A stretch of DNA of 64,000 nucleotides from Eledone cirrhosa. Its lineage: Eukaryota. The translations under genes were made by a program, and so were the position numbers. Under the pieces are notes generated by a model that worked only from the letters and a program-made list of their open reading frames with translations, was not told where the DNA came from and did no database searches. The stretch is from the NCBI GenBank assembly GCA_964016885.1, contig OZ024743.1:293570001-293634000 (forward strand), written 5' to 3'. Positions 13,618 to 27,257 of this stretch are shown here, piece by piece. Each line of letters begins with the position of its first letter. Positions within the stretch are counted from its first letter, which is position 1.

Positions 13618-14508
13618 CATACATAAATACATAGCTTTAAAAATCATGAAATTCACTACTTACCATTATGTCTAACTTATGAATAACACATTAGCTTTCA
13701 TTCTTTGAGCTGGTCCAAAATTGCATTCTGTGTGTGTGTGTTTCTGTATTCACAAACATACACATACATATATAAATATACTCACTGTCAAGTTTAATAT
13801 TCCACAGCAATATTTGTTTCATCCATATATCTAACATTGCATCTGTCTCTCTTACTTTATTTATTTATATATTTAACTATCTGTTTAATTTTTCTGTCTA
13901 TTTATCTTTCAATCCATACACTCACTCACTATGTACATAGAGTAGATGTGCAATGAAATATAATCCTTCTTACTATCATATATACATTATATATGATGGT
14001 GGCAAGCCACTGCAGCTGCAAAATTTATCCTCATTCTCACATGTACTATATATATGTATTTTCATATATATAAAATATCTTTATTTAAAAAAGTTTAATG
14101 GTGATTTCAAAGTTTTGCTGAAGACCGCTTATCAAATTCTTTGATAAGCTTTCCTTGGTGAATCTTTAAATTTACTGGCAACTTTGTGTTTTTAATTAAA
14201 TATAGTAATATTAGACTCTACATCTTGATATGTAAAGAAAACATTATTTATTCATTATATATGTGTGTGAGTGTTTGTGTGTATGCATGCGTGTGTGCGT
14301 GTGTATTATCATTCTGCTCTTCTCTGCACAATTGTAGGTTGTTTAGATCCTTGTATTTACAGTATGTAGGAATGGCATGCTTTGTTGTCTCACCAATAAA
14401 CAACTGCACCACCATCACCTCCTAAACACCTTTAACTTAATATTTTAAATCTTTTTTTCCAGTTTACTTACCTTGATTTTATTGTTATCTATTTTGTGTG
14501 TGTATATA

Positions 14509-14552
<44 letters not shown>

Positions 14553-14617
14553 TATGTATGTGTACATATATATATGTATATGTATATATATGTATATATA
14601 TGTGTGTGCATGACTGT

Positions 14618-14702
14618 AGAATAACTTTTACAAAGTTAGCAGGTTTATTTTAGGTTGCTCTGCTAGGAGTCTCCCCTTAGCTAACTTTTATAAAGTTATT
14701 CT
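14618..14702. repeat. Short inverted repeat (23-bp arms) beside TA/TG microsatellite
   Basis: agaataacttttacaaagttagc ... gctaacttttataaagttattct. Confidence 0.7.
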
Positions 14703-14789
14703 GTGTATAGAATTCTCTAAGTGGTATTTTTAGCTATCATTTATTGAGATTTTCAGTACATCAGTGACAAATAACCTTCTGTTTGATAA

Positions 14790-14822
<33 letters not shown>

Positions 14823-17414
14823 TATGAATGCATGTGTACATATGTATAGATAAACATATATACATACATATATGTGTGTGCATGCATTTTCACTTTATTT
14901 TATATTATCATTTTTGATAGGTATACGTGTTTTTCTGAAATTGCTGCCATTAATGATTTCCTATTGAATTATCCAGTTATTGAAATTGTATTTGTTTTTT
15001 TTTTCTGCTTTCATATAGTTTCTATATTTATGTTATGCTTCATATATATACTTTTATTTTACATTGTCATAATGCCTCATAATAATGACCCGTGTATATT
15101 TTTTCCCCTTTTATATTTTGTTGGGTATGGGTGTGGTTAACAACAATCTTATTCTTTGACTTAACTTTGACTGGTTTCACTCATTAGATTGCATTTTTAC
15201 TGGATCTCTACCTTCATGTTTATTATAACCCCTTTATAATTCCTGCAGAAGATTGTAACTACCACCTACACATTCTGTCATTGCTTCAAACACCTTAATT
15301 ATTAGGCCACATAGGCAACAAATCAAAACTTTGTATGTCAGCTGTAAATACAAACACCTGGATCTTGTGTACCAGTATTAACATCAAGTCTCCAGTCTGG
15401 GGAGACAACTTCTCAGTTTTAGAGACCCTTGATTGTGATGTGGCTCATCATAAATTCACCATTCCTCCTTTGACAATACCATTAATTCTTTAAATGCCAG
15501 TGTCATCTTCGGTATTTTACTGTCCCAGTGAAGGATTACATGTTCATATTTGCATTTCTCAAAGAATGATAAAAAATAATGCAAGATATATTTTGATGAA
15601 ATTTGCTTTATTTACTTAGTTTTGCCCATGCTTCACAAACAAAACTAAATTGTCCCGGTATGTTTTGATAGACAAGGAGTGGAATAGAAATCCACACTGT
15701 AAAGTGGCTGTTTTCATGCCATGATAAAAGGCACCAAGTCAACATGGTAAATGTGGTTGGTGTTACGAAGAGCATCCCACTGTAGAAACTAAGCCAGAAA
15801 TGGTTCTGTGAGAGCAAGACACGGTCATTTGATCTGCCTTTTCTCGTAACAGGACAACCCGTCTAACCCATATTAGAGTAGAAAATGGATGTTAAATGGT
15901 GATGATGACTCAGTTAAGCAACATAATAGCCAAATATTTTTCAACAAATTCTTCTCCTGGCTCTTTCTTCACCTTAAGTATACCAATCCCACAATGTTGT
16001 TAGTATTCTCTTATTCATAAATTTGCTTCTAGCTAATTGTGTTTGTAATTTGGAAGAGGTGGAGAGACTAATTTGTTTTTGTACTCACACCTGTGTGTGT
16101 GTGTGTGTGTGTGTGTCTGTATTTATCTTGGTAGACTCACTTTATATTTGATATCCATAGTGCAAGCAGAGATTATTTTTTTTTTTATAAATCCAACAGC
16201 TCAGAAGTTAAATGACACATAGAAGCTGGCAACAGGAAAAGCATCGGGGCATAAAATTTTGCCTTTAAAATAGTCTTGTCCAATCCATGCTTGCATGGAA
16301 AAATGATGATGTTTGGAATGTATCTTAACCAAGGATTCTTACACAATTAGAATTTGTTTTTGTACTCACACCTGCAGCAAATATATTTATGCCATTTTCT
16401 CTGATGAAAGCAGGGGTTAACCTTGTAAGGCCCATATAAGGTTACATGCTCAGTGTTTTGGGGCTTTTTTTTCTCTAAGCGATGTTTTACAACAAAAAGC
16501 CTTTCCTGGTATCAACCGTTTTAGTCACTTAAGAACATTAAAGTATTTTGTATCATTAAAACCAATGGGAGTCTCATGCAGATCAGTATCAAAAGGCAAG
16601 TTACTAACAATCAAAAATATGAACCGACCTTCAGACTCCCTCCTAGGTGTCTACTAACAATCCGTGCTTTCCACCATTGACTTTAATGAAAATTAAACTC
16701 ACAAAAGCATCTTCAACCAAACTTCTTATTTTAAAGAAAAAGTATATATAATTAAAAATTTAAAAAAGGCTTTTTTTAAAAATAATCAGTAAATCAAGAA
16801 TAACAACAAAAACAGCAAAAAGATAAAAAGTAGATGAAAATTCAAAAGCCTAAAAAGATGAATTTTCGATAAAAAATAAATTATAGAAAAGATAAAAATT
16901 CAAAAAGATAATAAATTGTTTTTTTATTGAATCAATTGAAATTAGAATCGATAATATTTTATTTTCTATATTTTATTTTTTGCAATTTTAAAAATAATTC
17001 AATGTTAAACAAAATTTAAAGTTAGGTTCAAAATACAAATGAGAAAGAAAGAGGAGGGTGAGTGTGTGATTGAGACAGTGACAGAAATTTTTTTAATCTC
17101 AATTACATCTTTATAATGATTTCTCATGCTAGTCAACATTCCTGGTTACCTTATTTATTTATTATCATGCAGCAGTTTTTTATTATAATAATATTGTTTA
17201 TTTGTTTGTTCATTTATTATGTAGGTGTTGTTGTTTTATATACTATATTACATTTATTTGTTTTTGTTTTCTTAGTGTTTTTATTACACTTTACTGCTAA
17301 AGGGTTTCCACAATTTAAAAACATTTTTTTTTCATTTCTTATCTACATATTTTATGTATGTGTACTTGTATGCATATATGTGCGTATGTGTATATATATA
17401 TATATGTATATACA

Positions 17415-17476
<62 letters not shown>

Positions 17477-19689
17477 TGTGTGTGTGTGTATAGATATATG
17501 TAATATAGAATGAATTTCCAATGGGTTTTAGAAGACCACAGTTGATTCCAACTGAATGAAGCAGTACTAGACTAGTCGAATTAATTTCTATCTAAAATAA
17601 ATTTTACACACACACATATAACATGGAAAAGTAGATGTAAAAGTGATATACATATATATATATATATATATGAATATAAGCAAGAAGTGTAAGTCAACAG
17701 GTTAAAATTAACTTTGTTTATTCATAGTTGCTGTTATATATGTTTTGGTGATAACTGTTATGCAACAGCCATGACCTCATCAGACAGCTAGAATTTGAAC
17801 AGAACAAAACAGAAAAACATAACGATGAAATCAAATTTACTTCTGTTATTTCGATTCTTTGACATGCTCCATGCGAAATTTTGGTGTTTCTTTGTCAAGG
17901 TACTGGTAGCATATATGCATACATATATATAAAGAGAGAGGCGTGTAACTGCTGTCTCAATTTCAAGCCAAACCACTTTCTGATTGCAGTCATTTGCTTG
18001 TATTGGCTATGTTAACTTTTCTGCCCTGGTCCCTTAGATAGCTATATAGCACTGATTTGTTCTACATATTTTTTGTGGCAGATGGAGCAAATTCTGTCAA
18101 GGACATTATCAACAAGTGTTCTTTGTACAAAATGAATTGTCTAGCTTGCAAGAGATGTACACACATTTAAACACTCAATACATAAGAGTAGAGTGCAAAT
18201 TTTAATTCCTCAAGAAAAGGATTCATAGGGACTTTGAAGTTTTGGCTGTAATGTACCTCATCAGGTATATTACAACTGAAATTTCGAAACCATTGTTAAC
18301 ATTTTTCTTTAACATCATAATCATTTTACGTCCCTTTTTTCCTTGCTTGCATAGGTTGGCTAAGTCTTTCCTAGCACAACCTTCACTTGCTGCAAGCCTT
18401 CATTCTCTATCTGGTTTAACATTTTGAGATCAGATCTCACTCTTCTTCCCAGGTCTTCCTCTACTGCAGTTTTCTTCCACTAAGTACATCTATTAGCACT
18501 TCTTCACCCATAATTTTCATGTTATATCTGTCTTCATATTTCTTTTATACTTTGATGAATTTTACTAAGTTCTCCTAGTGTCCCCAAAACATATTTTCAT
18601 TGAAAACCTAATTCATTTCATTCAATAAATCTTATTTAAAAACGATAAATTTATGAAAATTAACAGCCAACTATTCATAGATAAAGATTGTTTTTGCATT
18701 CCCTATTTGTTTCACATGATTGCAGTCTTTGTTCCACTTTCATTTTCTGTTTTACCTCTCTCTAATAATATTATTGTTTTGTTTTCATTATACGTACATG
18801 CACACTCACACATGCCCATGTTATTTTTCATTTTATATTAAACTTTTACCTCTTAACGTACAATGGAAAATTAATTTCAAATTCATAGCAGTTTTTCAAA
18901 AGTTGGTTAATTTCCCTGTTATAATTAGTACTCACTCACTCACTCACTCCCTTTCTCCCATTCTCTGTGTGTATAGGAAGCCCCATTGTATGTGTGTGTA
19001 TGTGTATATATATATGTGTCTGTGCATGTATGTTTCTTTGTGTTATTTTCCTCTCAGTCTTTCCTTTGCATTAACCATCAGTAATGCAGACAGAGATGTT
19101 TGTTTATGTCCCCTACTGTTTGAACCTTGTGTCAGGGTGGTAAGATGTACAAAATCCATTCCTCATTTAGGAAATAAAATGTGATCATGTATCAGGAAGG
19201 GCATAGAATTTTGTCTGAAAAATGTCTGATACAACCCATAGCAGCAAAAAAAAAAAAAGACATGTAAAGACAATGATGATATATCATAAGCTCTTTTTCA
19301 TCATGAATGAACATGGGTTTACATCTAGAAAGGTCCCTTCTGAAGTAAAGTGTGTTTGTAAAAGACCAGCAGTCACTGAAGCATACTTATCACCCTGACC
19401 ATGCCACTAATGTTGTGCATGTTAAAGGCAAATACCAAAAGGATTGTGAGCCCAATGCTCTAACCACTAAGCCACACACCTTCACAGTTATATATATTCT
19501 GATAAAATGTAATGCTTTTGTCACCTAAAAGATATATATATATATATATAAGCAGAAGGGATATTCACTTTGTTGGTAATTCAACAAATATAAATGTTTA
19601 TAACTGATTCAGAGCACTCGACAAGTTTTCTGGAGTATAATATACAATGATATTAAATAAATGGAAACTATATTTATAAAACCATATTT

Positions 19690-19748
19690 ATTCTATTATA
19701 TATATTTCAAGGGTACCAAAATTTTGGTACGCTATCATCAGATAAAAA
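19690..19748 (-). ncRNA. Minimal type-I hammerhead ribozyme motif
   Basis: Minus strand: UUUUUAU CUGAUGA UAGC-GUACCAAAAUUUUGGUAC-CCUU GAAA U-AUAU-A UA AUAGAAU. Confidence 0.7.
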
Positions 19749-19870
19749 GGAAGTGTGTTTTAAAAAATTTGACATAATCAAGGAGAATATACCTTAACGG
19801 TTCAAGTTAAACTTGAACCGTTAAGGTATATTCTCCTTGGTTATGTCAAAATTTATAAAACACACTTCGT

Positions 19871-19929
19871 ATTTTATCTGATGATAGCATAGCAAAATTT
19901 TGGTATCCTTGAAATATATATAATAGAAT
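19871..19929 (+). ncRNA. Minimal type-I hammerhead ribozyme motif (stem II partly decayed); predicted cut after A19922
   Basis: AUUUUAU CUGAUGA UAGCAUAGCAAAAUUUUGGUAUCCUU GAAA U-AUAU-A UA AUAGAAU. Confidence 0.6.
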
Positions 19930-19979
19930 AAATATAGTTTCCATTTATTTAATATCATTGTATATATATATATATATTT

Positions 19980-20105
19980 CAGGATGGATTTAGTTTGAAA
20001 CTGGTTAGACCATTATTCAAGTACTCGATACTTGGGGTAGTAGTTCCAGACTAGAATTGGCTGTTGAAATGGCAAGAGCTCAGCTGTGGAGTCCTGGCAC
20101 TTTAT
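19980..20105 (+). mobile_element. Short (TA)n-embedded repeat family, probably Penelope-derived
   Basis: Homologous to 43846-43948 (+) and 61910-61969 (-). Shared ctgtYgaaaYgg...gagctcagc...ctcttt. Confidence 0.55.
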
Positions 20106-20106
20106 A

Positions 20107-20150
<44 letters not shown>

Positions 20151-23043
20151 ATGCATATTTTCGTCTCCTGGGTACACAACTTAACTTATTAGTCAAACAA
20201 CATTGATGTCTTTAACTTTTAAATTCACAATCTTCTTATCACTCAACAGTTCTCAAATAGATGAAGAGATTGTGTAACACTTGTGTGTGTGTGTGTGTAT
20301 GCATCCGGCAATATCTGTCTGTTATATAGTTGCATGTGTGTTTTTTGTGTATTCTTTATGGCCACATGAATGAGAAGTTTGCTTCACCTTTATGAGTGTT
20401 CAATTTTGATTTCACTGTGTATTTATGTTACTCTATATTCACGGCAAAAGTTTTATCTCACATAATACTGAATCTATGAGATTTTGATATTTTTTATTTT
20501 GTGAACACTACTTTAACGTCTGTATGAGCAGCTGGTTATGGTTGGTTTGAACAGAGAATTTTGGCCGGATGTGGTTGGTTTAAATGCTAAAGGGTGAAGC
20601 AAGTGTCTTTTATCATTTTGTGTTAAACCAATGTTTTGAGTGAAACTGTGGAAGCCTGTTTAATGTACTTTAATTCAATGGGATAGTTTTCTCACATGCT
20701 AGGTCATGCTGAATTCCTCTGAGAAGTATGTTGAATGTCCTCATGTCTAAGGAATACTAAGCCACTTACATATTGATTTAACAAATGTACTGTTCCATTT
20801 ATTGAATAACTGGAACAGTTATTGCTAAAACCAATACAGTTTTATACTACTTCTGTTAATACACTACTTAATTTAAGCATAAGGTTGTTTTTTTTTAATT
20901 AATTCAAATTAAATATATCTTTAAAAAATATAAAATATACACCTTCTTTTGGTTTTGTATCAAGATTATTTTAAGTAATTGTGAGCAATACTTCACCAGG
21001 CACTTAGCTCTTAATGAGGAAGCCAGTCAACTTAACTATATTTCTTTTGGCATTAAAGGTTTCTAAAAATGCCTATAACAAATACTATGACTGGTAGTTG
21101 TTTATGTATATATATCATCATGATCATAATTTTACATCTACTTTCCATGGTGGCATAGGTTGGATTGATTGCCACAGTTCGAATAAGTTCTTATTCGAGT
21201 TATATGTACATTCTACAGATTATGTATGTGTATACACACACACATTAGCATGGAAGATAGACGTTAGATGATGATGATATCTGTATAAAATCACACACAC
21301 TCACACACACACACAGAAATTGCAGGAAATATTTGTGCTATACATGGCCTATACAAGTCCTGTAACAAATTATATTATGTTGAGAATGTTAACAATTACT
21401 ATTCCCAAATTGGTTAATCAGGAATGATGGAACATAATATCCTTCTACTAGTATTTTGCTTTTAGCTTTTAAAATATAAATAACTTTTAAATGAGTAGAA
21501 CAGCTGTTCATAGTAAGCTCATTTTTTGACCAAAGATGTTTTGTATTGTATTAAACTGTATTGCATAGGTACATAAATGCTAGTATGCATATGTAGAATG
21601 GTGTTATTTGTGTATATATGTTATGTGTGCATAACCAAGTGATTAAAAAATTACTCTTCGAAATCATGAAATTTGGATTTGATCCCGCTATGTGATATAC
21701 CACATGGCAAGTATCATTTACAAAAAACGCTGGCCAGCCTAATCTGCGTGAGTGTCAAAAGAAACAGTGTGGCTGTGTGGAAACCTCTTGGATTGTCTGT
21801 TCTTGTAATTTAAAATCCCTGCCTTGCTTTGCTTATTCTGACTGAAGATTATATCAAGGGTACAAGGGATTGTGGGATACAAGGCCATTTACTGCATTTT
21901 TCAATAAGTAGGAATTTTAGTTGATAGAATAACTGTAACATTTAAAGTAAAGGTGAGGTGTTTACTTTTTTATGCATGCAAACAATATATGTGTATAATG
22001 TTCTCGTTATCATCGTCATTTTACAGTAATGTTTCCATCCAACCCTTGCTAACAGGGAAAGCAGACATTAAATATAATGATTTTCATGTTAGTATATAGT
22101 TAATTGACACACACATATATAAGACAATCACAAGCAGTAGTCTAGAAGAGAGTAAGAATTGACCCCAAAATTGGACTGGACTACTGGATCTGTTGCATTT
22201 CAGTTAATTATTTATTTTTGCCAGGAGCACCCGTCACCTTTTCCTCTCAAATTAGGCTGTATATAACTGTTTCACGTTCATAAACTGAGTTTTACCTACA
22301 CATGTTAAACAGAATAGTTGTCTGTATCTGTAAATTTTTCTTGTAGATACAAGAATACCATTGTAGTTCAAGCATTTACTTAATATCAACATGTTCCTTG
22401 GTCCAATCCCCCTCCACAGCACCTTGGTCAGATGTATTCCATTGAAGCTTCTGGTTGACCAATACAATGTGTGTGGCGCTTCATAGATGGAAACTGCAGA
22501 TGTGTGTTAGAACATTTCAAACGAGACTTGTTTCTCTCACTTATCTTCGAAAGCAGTAACTACAAATAAGAACACACACAGGCCCTGAAAACCCACACAA
22601 CCTATTGCCAGTGAGGAAAGTGAACTGTAAATGATGATGATGTGTGCTTAGATACGTTCACTGGTGTAACAGAGCAGTGTTTGTCAAAAAGTGTAAATTA
22701 GCAGTTTGATAGAATATAGAACTACAAAATAATTACTTGTGTCAACTTGTTTGCTAAAACCACTTGATGGTGGTGTATCTGCATGGTTGCATTCCAATGA
22801 CTAAAACTCATTGATGTCTTCAATTTATGTACACAATCAATGCTGAGAGTCTGTGCGATTAAAACGTTTCTTTGACTAAAAACAGTTCTCGGAATATCAA
22901 AAATAATTTTTTAATCCAGATCAAATTTAAAAAATGCAAGAGCTAAAAAAATGAATTTTAATTTTATAAGAATAAAAAGGAAAATAAGTAAAGCAAAGTA
23001 AATAAACAAGAAAACTAACTTAAAAAACAAACACACCCAGACA

Positions 23044-23080
<37 letters not shown>

Positions 23081-23081
<1 letters not shown>

Positions 23082-23257
23082 GGGTGTATCAAAGTGAATC
23101 ATCTGATTTCAAAAGGCTATATTTTCGAAACAAATAACCATGTAATCATGTGGTAACTTGTAAAATACATGTCTGAATATAAGGTTTTATTAATGTTATT
23201 TACAATTTTTACATGCCTTTCAGTCTTTTGAAATTGGTTAATTCTTTTTGATAACCC
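23081..23257. mobile_element. Tc1/mariner-derived MITE
   Basis: Imperfect TIRs gggtgtatcaaagtgaatcatctgatttcaaaag / cttttgaaattggttaattctttttgataaccc, following a TA tract. Confidence 0.65.
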
Positions 23258-23276
23258 CCCCCCCTCTCTCTCTCTT

Positions 23277-23308
<32 letters not shown>

Positions 23309-23560
23309 AAGAGTATTAAATATACTCTGTCTTCATTGTAACAATTTTGAAAGCTATCAACAGATTTACTTGCATTATTTAATTTAATTACTAATTCAAA
23401 GTAGAGGAAATGGATGTTGAATGATAAGTATATAAGCTCTGTGTGTGCGTATATATATATAGTTTTTGTATTTGTTTTACAAAGTTGTGATGAAAGAGGC
23501 ATTGTTGTATTAATCTACCAAAGCACAATATATATATATGTGTGTGTGTGAGCGTGTATT

Positions 23561-23626
<66 letters not shown>

Positions 23627-24851
23627 GAGAGAGCAAGAGATGCAATACTCAAATGTTCATAAATTGGTTTTATATATTTCTTTGACTCAAACATCTATTT
23701 GAAAAAAGTCTATTATTCTTGTTTTTTTTGTTTTGTTTTTTGTTTTTGTTTTCTCTTCTTCACACTATCATTGTCAGTTTTCTGGTGTTTTGGTTGTCAA
23801 CCTCTTCTTGTATTGTGTCTCTATCTGTTCTTTTTCCTCCGATTGCATCTATTCCGTTCCATTGAAATCTCAGATAGGTGTAGAATAATATTCTTTTCTC
23901 CAATAACAAACATGATATATTGTTGCCAAATGATATTGATTTGTGTCTATAGATCTTGTTTTATTTTTATCTTCCTTTCGTGTATATTATATTTCTTGCT
24001 TTTTTGTAGTGTTTGTGTCATTTTTTTTTATATTTACTACATGTTCGTTGTCTATTTATATAATTTTTATTTCTCTATTTTATTATTATTTTTTTTCACT
24101 TTTCAGAGACATCTTTCAGATAACTGACTTTTTATTTATTTAATATTTTTTTTCAATTCTTTATTTCTTTATTTCTTTCTTTTTTTTTTTCATCATATGG
24201 GTTAAAGCATGGTTTTCAGAATTTTTCGATTCCGATATATTTTTGTTTATCATATGGACTAATGTATACTTGGAGTGCATTTGGTTGGTTCCTTGGGTTT
24301 ATTATTATTGTCATTGTCATCATCATCATCATCATCGTTGTTATTATTGGCTGAATTCTTTCAGTACAACTTTCTGTTTTTAATGTTCATTGATGTTGTT
24401 GGTGTTGTTGTTTTTCCGGTTGCTCTACCAACTCTTGGTATTGTTTTCTTTTACTTGTTCAGTCTGGTTGTACAATTTATTAAGTTATGTTTGTTTATCT
24501 TATTGTCGTAGTCTCCTTCCTTTTTGTTTGTGTATGTATTCAATACAAATATATACTCACATGGGTGTGTGTACCTGCATTTGTGTTCATGTATGTGTAT
24601 ATATATATGGGTGTGTGTTTGTATATATATATATATGTGTGTGTGTGTGAATGTATATTTACAATATGTTTTAACATATATATATTTACTTTTTATCCTT
24701 TTTTTCTATCCTGTCTTCTATCTTTCCTAGTTTTTATCTTGCTTTGTCTTTCCAGACTTTTCCACCAAGTTTGCATACTCTTCCTTCTTGTTGTCTCAAT
24801 CTCCCTCTCTTTCCCCTTCCTCTAACCTTGATTTGTTTACCAATCCTGCAG

Positions 24852-24947
24852 GCTTCTTAGACAATGAGATTCCTAGAATCCACCGGAACAAAGGAATTAT
24901 CAGACTGACCACACCCCATGGAAATCCCAATGAAATAGAGGCTCCTG
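24852..24947 (+). CDS. Sema1a: Internal exon (96 nt, phase 1/1) of the semaphorin-like gene: GFLDNEIPRIHRNKGIIRLTTPHGNPNEIEAP
   Basis: Pyrimidine-rich acceptor with branch-like ctctaac, cctgcag|, and a strong G|gtaagg donor. Open frame joining the 10104 and 40017 exons. Not in the ORF track. Confidence 0.75.
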
Positions 24948-25487
24948 GTAAGGAAAATTAAACTAACACACTAAAGCCCCTGCAAATCTGTTATTTTAAA
25001 ATTATTTATCATATTCTTTTTAATATATATAATTTTTTTTATTTTTTGGCTGGCTGCAAAATTTTTTTTTCTCACTCACTCTTTTTGAGTTGCTAAACAT
25101 ATAATTGTTGTTGTGTTGTTGCTTCCTCCTTATGCAAATCTGAAGCCTTTTGCCTCTGTATCAATTTAATAACTGTATATTAGTATATAATCATTTCTTG
25201 TACTGCACACAAGGATCCAAGACATTGAGGAGAGTATGAAGGTAAAATCTATAGAACAGTAAAGGGTTTAGATTAAGTAACAATAACATTACATTAATAT
25301 AAAGGCAATGATAAATAGAACTAACTACAGAACAAAGCAAACTAGAGAAGGGTGCCAAAAATGAGGTAGAAACACATAGGGTGATTTGGAGCATCCTAAA
25401 CACAGCCTCGGATTGCCTTGATATATCAAATGTAATGCCTTCTTTCAGTTCTTGCCACCAGCCTAATCAACATTTCCAAACCATTGA

Positions 25488-25727
25488 CTAATCCTTTCAT
25501 TACGAACCTGCCTGAAATTGGCCATGGTTATGATATAAAGCTGTTTATTTCAAAAAGTTTATATTTATTTTAAAGAACCTTCCATCAAAATTATGTCCCT
25601 AATAGCAGCTTAATAATTTAGAAAGTTAGTTCTATTATTAAATGCATCAAAATTCTTGATTATTTAAAAAAATGTTTGAAAATCATAGGCGTGTCTTTCA
25701 TTAGAAATATGGTGACACAAGGGTTCA
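25488..25727 (+). mobile_element. piggyBac-like MITE (decayed full-length copy)
   Basis: ctaa|tcctttcattac ... atatggtgacacaaggg|ttca, i.e. decayed TTAA-CCC...GGG-TTAA ends. Family copies at 11717, 30094, 30211, 33057, 51714. Confidence 0.55.
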
Positions 25728-26143
25728 ATCTGGAACCTGGAAGAATGAAAGGCAAAACAACCTTGGTGTGATTTTAGCACAATCTGTAAAGGGCCATAAA
25801 TAAATGATGTTGGATATTTTATCTGGCACCCTACTGTTCTGCTGACCCATCTCCACTTATAGTATTAATTTTTATTTCTAATGTTAGCACATTTGAACAT
25901 TGCAAGACATTTCAGAAGATTTCAGCTAGTTAAATCACTGACGGCATTTATCTGGCACTTACTTTATCATCTCCCTGAGAATGATGAAATAAAAATTTAC
26001 CTACTGTAAGATTTGAACTGAGAACCTAAAAGTACATAAATATTTTAAGGCGTTTTGTTTGGCACATCACTGTTCCTGTCAATCTATCACCACTATTAAT
26101 AATAATAATAATAATAATAATGATAATAATTATAATAATAATT

Positions 26144-26238
26144 GTTTCTACTTTTGGCACAAGGCCATCAATTACCCAGTGCATTACTGGTACTTTATTT
26201 TATCGACCCCGTAAGGATGAAAGGCAAAGTTAACCTCG
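26144..26238 (-). mobile_element. Young 5'-truncated Deu/Nin-like SINE in the (TAA)n tail of an older SINE
   Basis: Nearly identical to the 3' half of 59137-59320, flanked by taataataatt on both sides. Confidence 0.8.
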
Positions 26239-27257
26239 TAATAATAATAATTTCTTTTTCTAGCCACTAGGGCTAAAGATATAGACTAGATGACAATAAA
26301 AGGGTGGATTCTAGGTTAACAATGAAACATTAATAAATAAAATTAACAGTACAGAATGATATAGGAAGCAAGTTAAACACCCCCAAAATGATAAACAAAC
26401 CATATAGAATAATTCAGGGCAAATCAGAACACAGCTTTGGAATTCTCTGGTACACCATAGCAAATGTATTATGAAAATGATAAAAATAATTTCTTTTGAT
26501 TGGCCACAAAGCATATGGCATTGGAAAGGTGGGATTTACATCAAGTAAAATGAGAGTTTCAAATTCAGAAATAATGAAATACAATTCCATTTTGTTGTAT
26601 TATAATAATAATAATAATAGTAATAATAATTAATAAGATTTTTTGCTTAGGCACAAGGCTCATTTTTGTCAAGAGGATGCAGTACAATTTTGTCCCCACA
26701 AAATATCACTGGTATTCACATAAATGTTGTGCTCAGCACCATCACAAAAACAGTATTTTTCCTGGTCATTTTTTGCAAGTCCCAAATCACTTTTCTTTTC
26801 AATGTTTTTTCTTCTTTCTCTCTTTTCCTCTATTCATTCTTCTGCCATTATTACTACAGTTACTACTACTATCATCACTACTATTTTGTAGTTTTCTTGT
26901 TTTCTTTGTTCTCTCTTCTTCATCTTTCTTCATGTCTCATTTCTTTCATCTTTCAGTTTCATTCACTCACTACCTATCGTTTTCCTTTTGTAACTTAAGG
27001 TTTCTGTTGCAGTTATTATTGCTACTACGATCTCCCTTTCAGCTTCTTCTACTTTACTTGCTTTACTTACTTATTCTCACTATTTATCTATCCATCTATT
27101 TATCTATCCATCCATCTATCTATCCATCTATCTATCTATCCATCTATCTATCTATCTATTATCTATCCATCTATCTATCTATCTATCCATCCATCCTTCC
27201 AATCATCTGTCTGTTCATCCATTCATTCATTTCATCCTTCTATCCATCTATTTGTTC

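Larger units (their letters stand above)
19552..19964 (-). mobile_element. Fold-back element, probable inverted pseudo-LTR relic of a Penelope-like retroelement
   Basis: Near-perfect palindrome 19641-19964 centred at 19809 plus a one-sided ~90-bp extension. Flanked by (TA)n. Homologous to 50826-51164 and 62007-63170. Hammerhead motif in each arm. Confidence 0.75.

Noticed and set aside
15249-15298. cctgcag acceptor giving EDCNYHLHILSLLQTP*
   Set aside because: Early stop, no donor, and adjacent to decayed LINE-like sequence.
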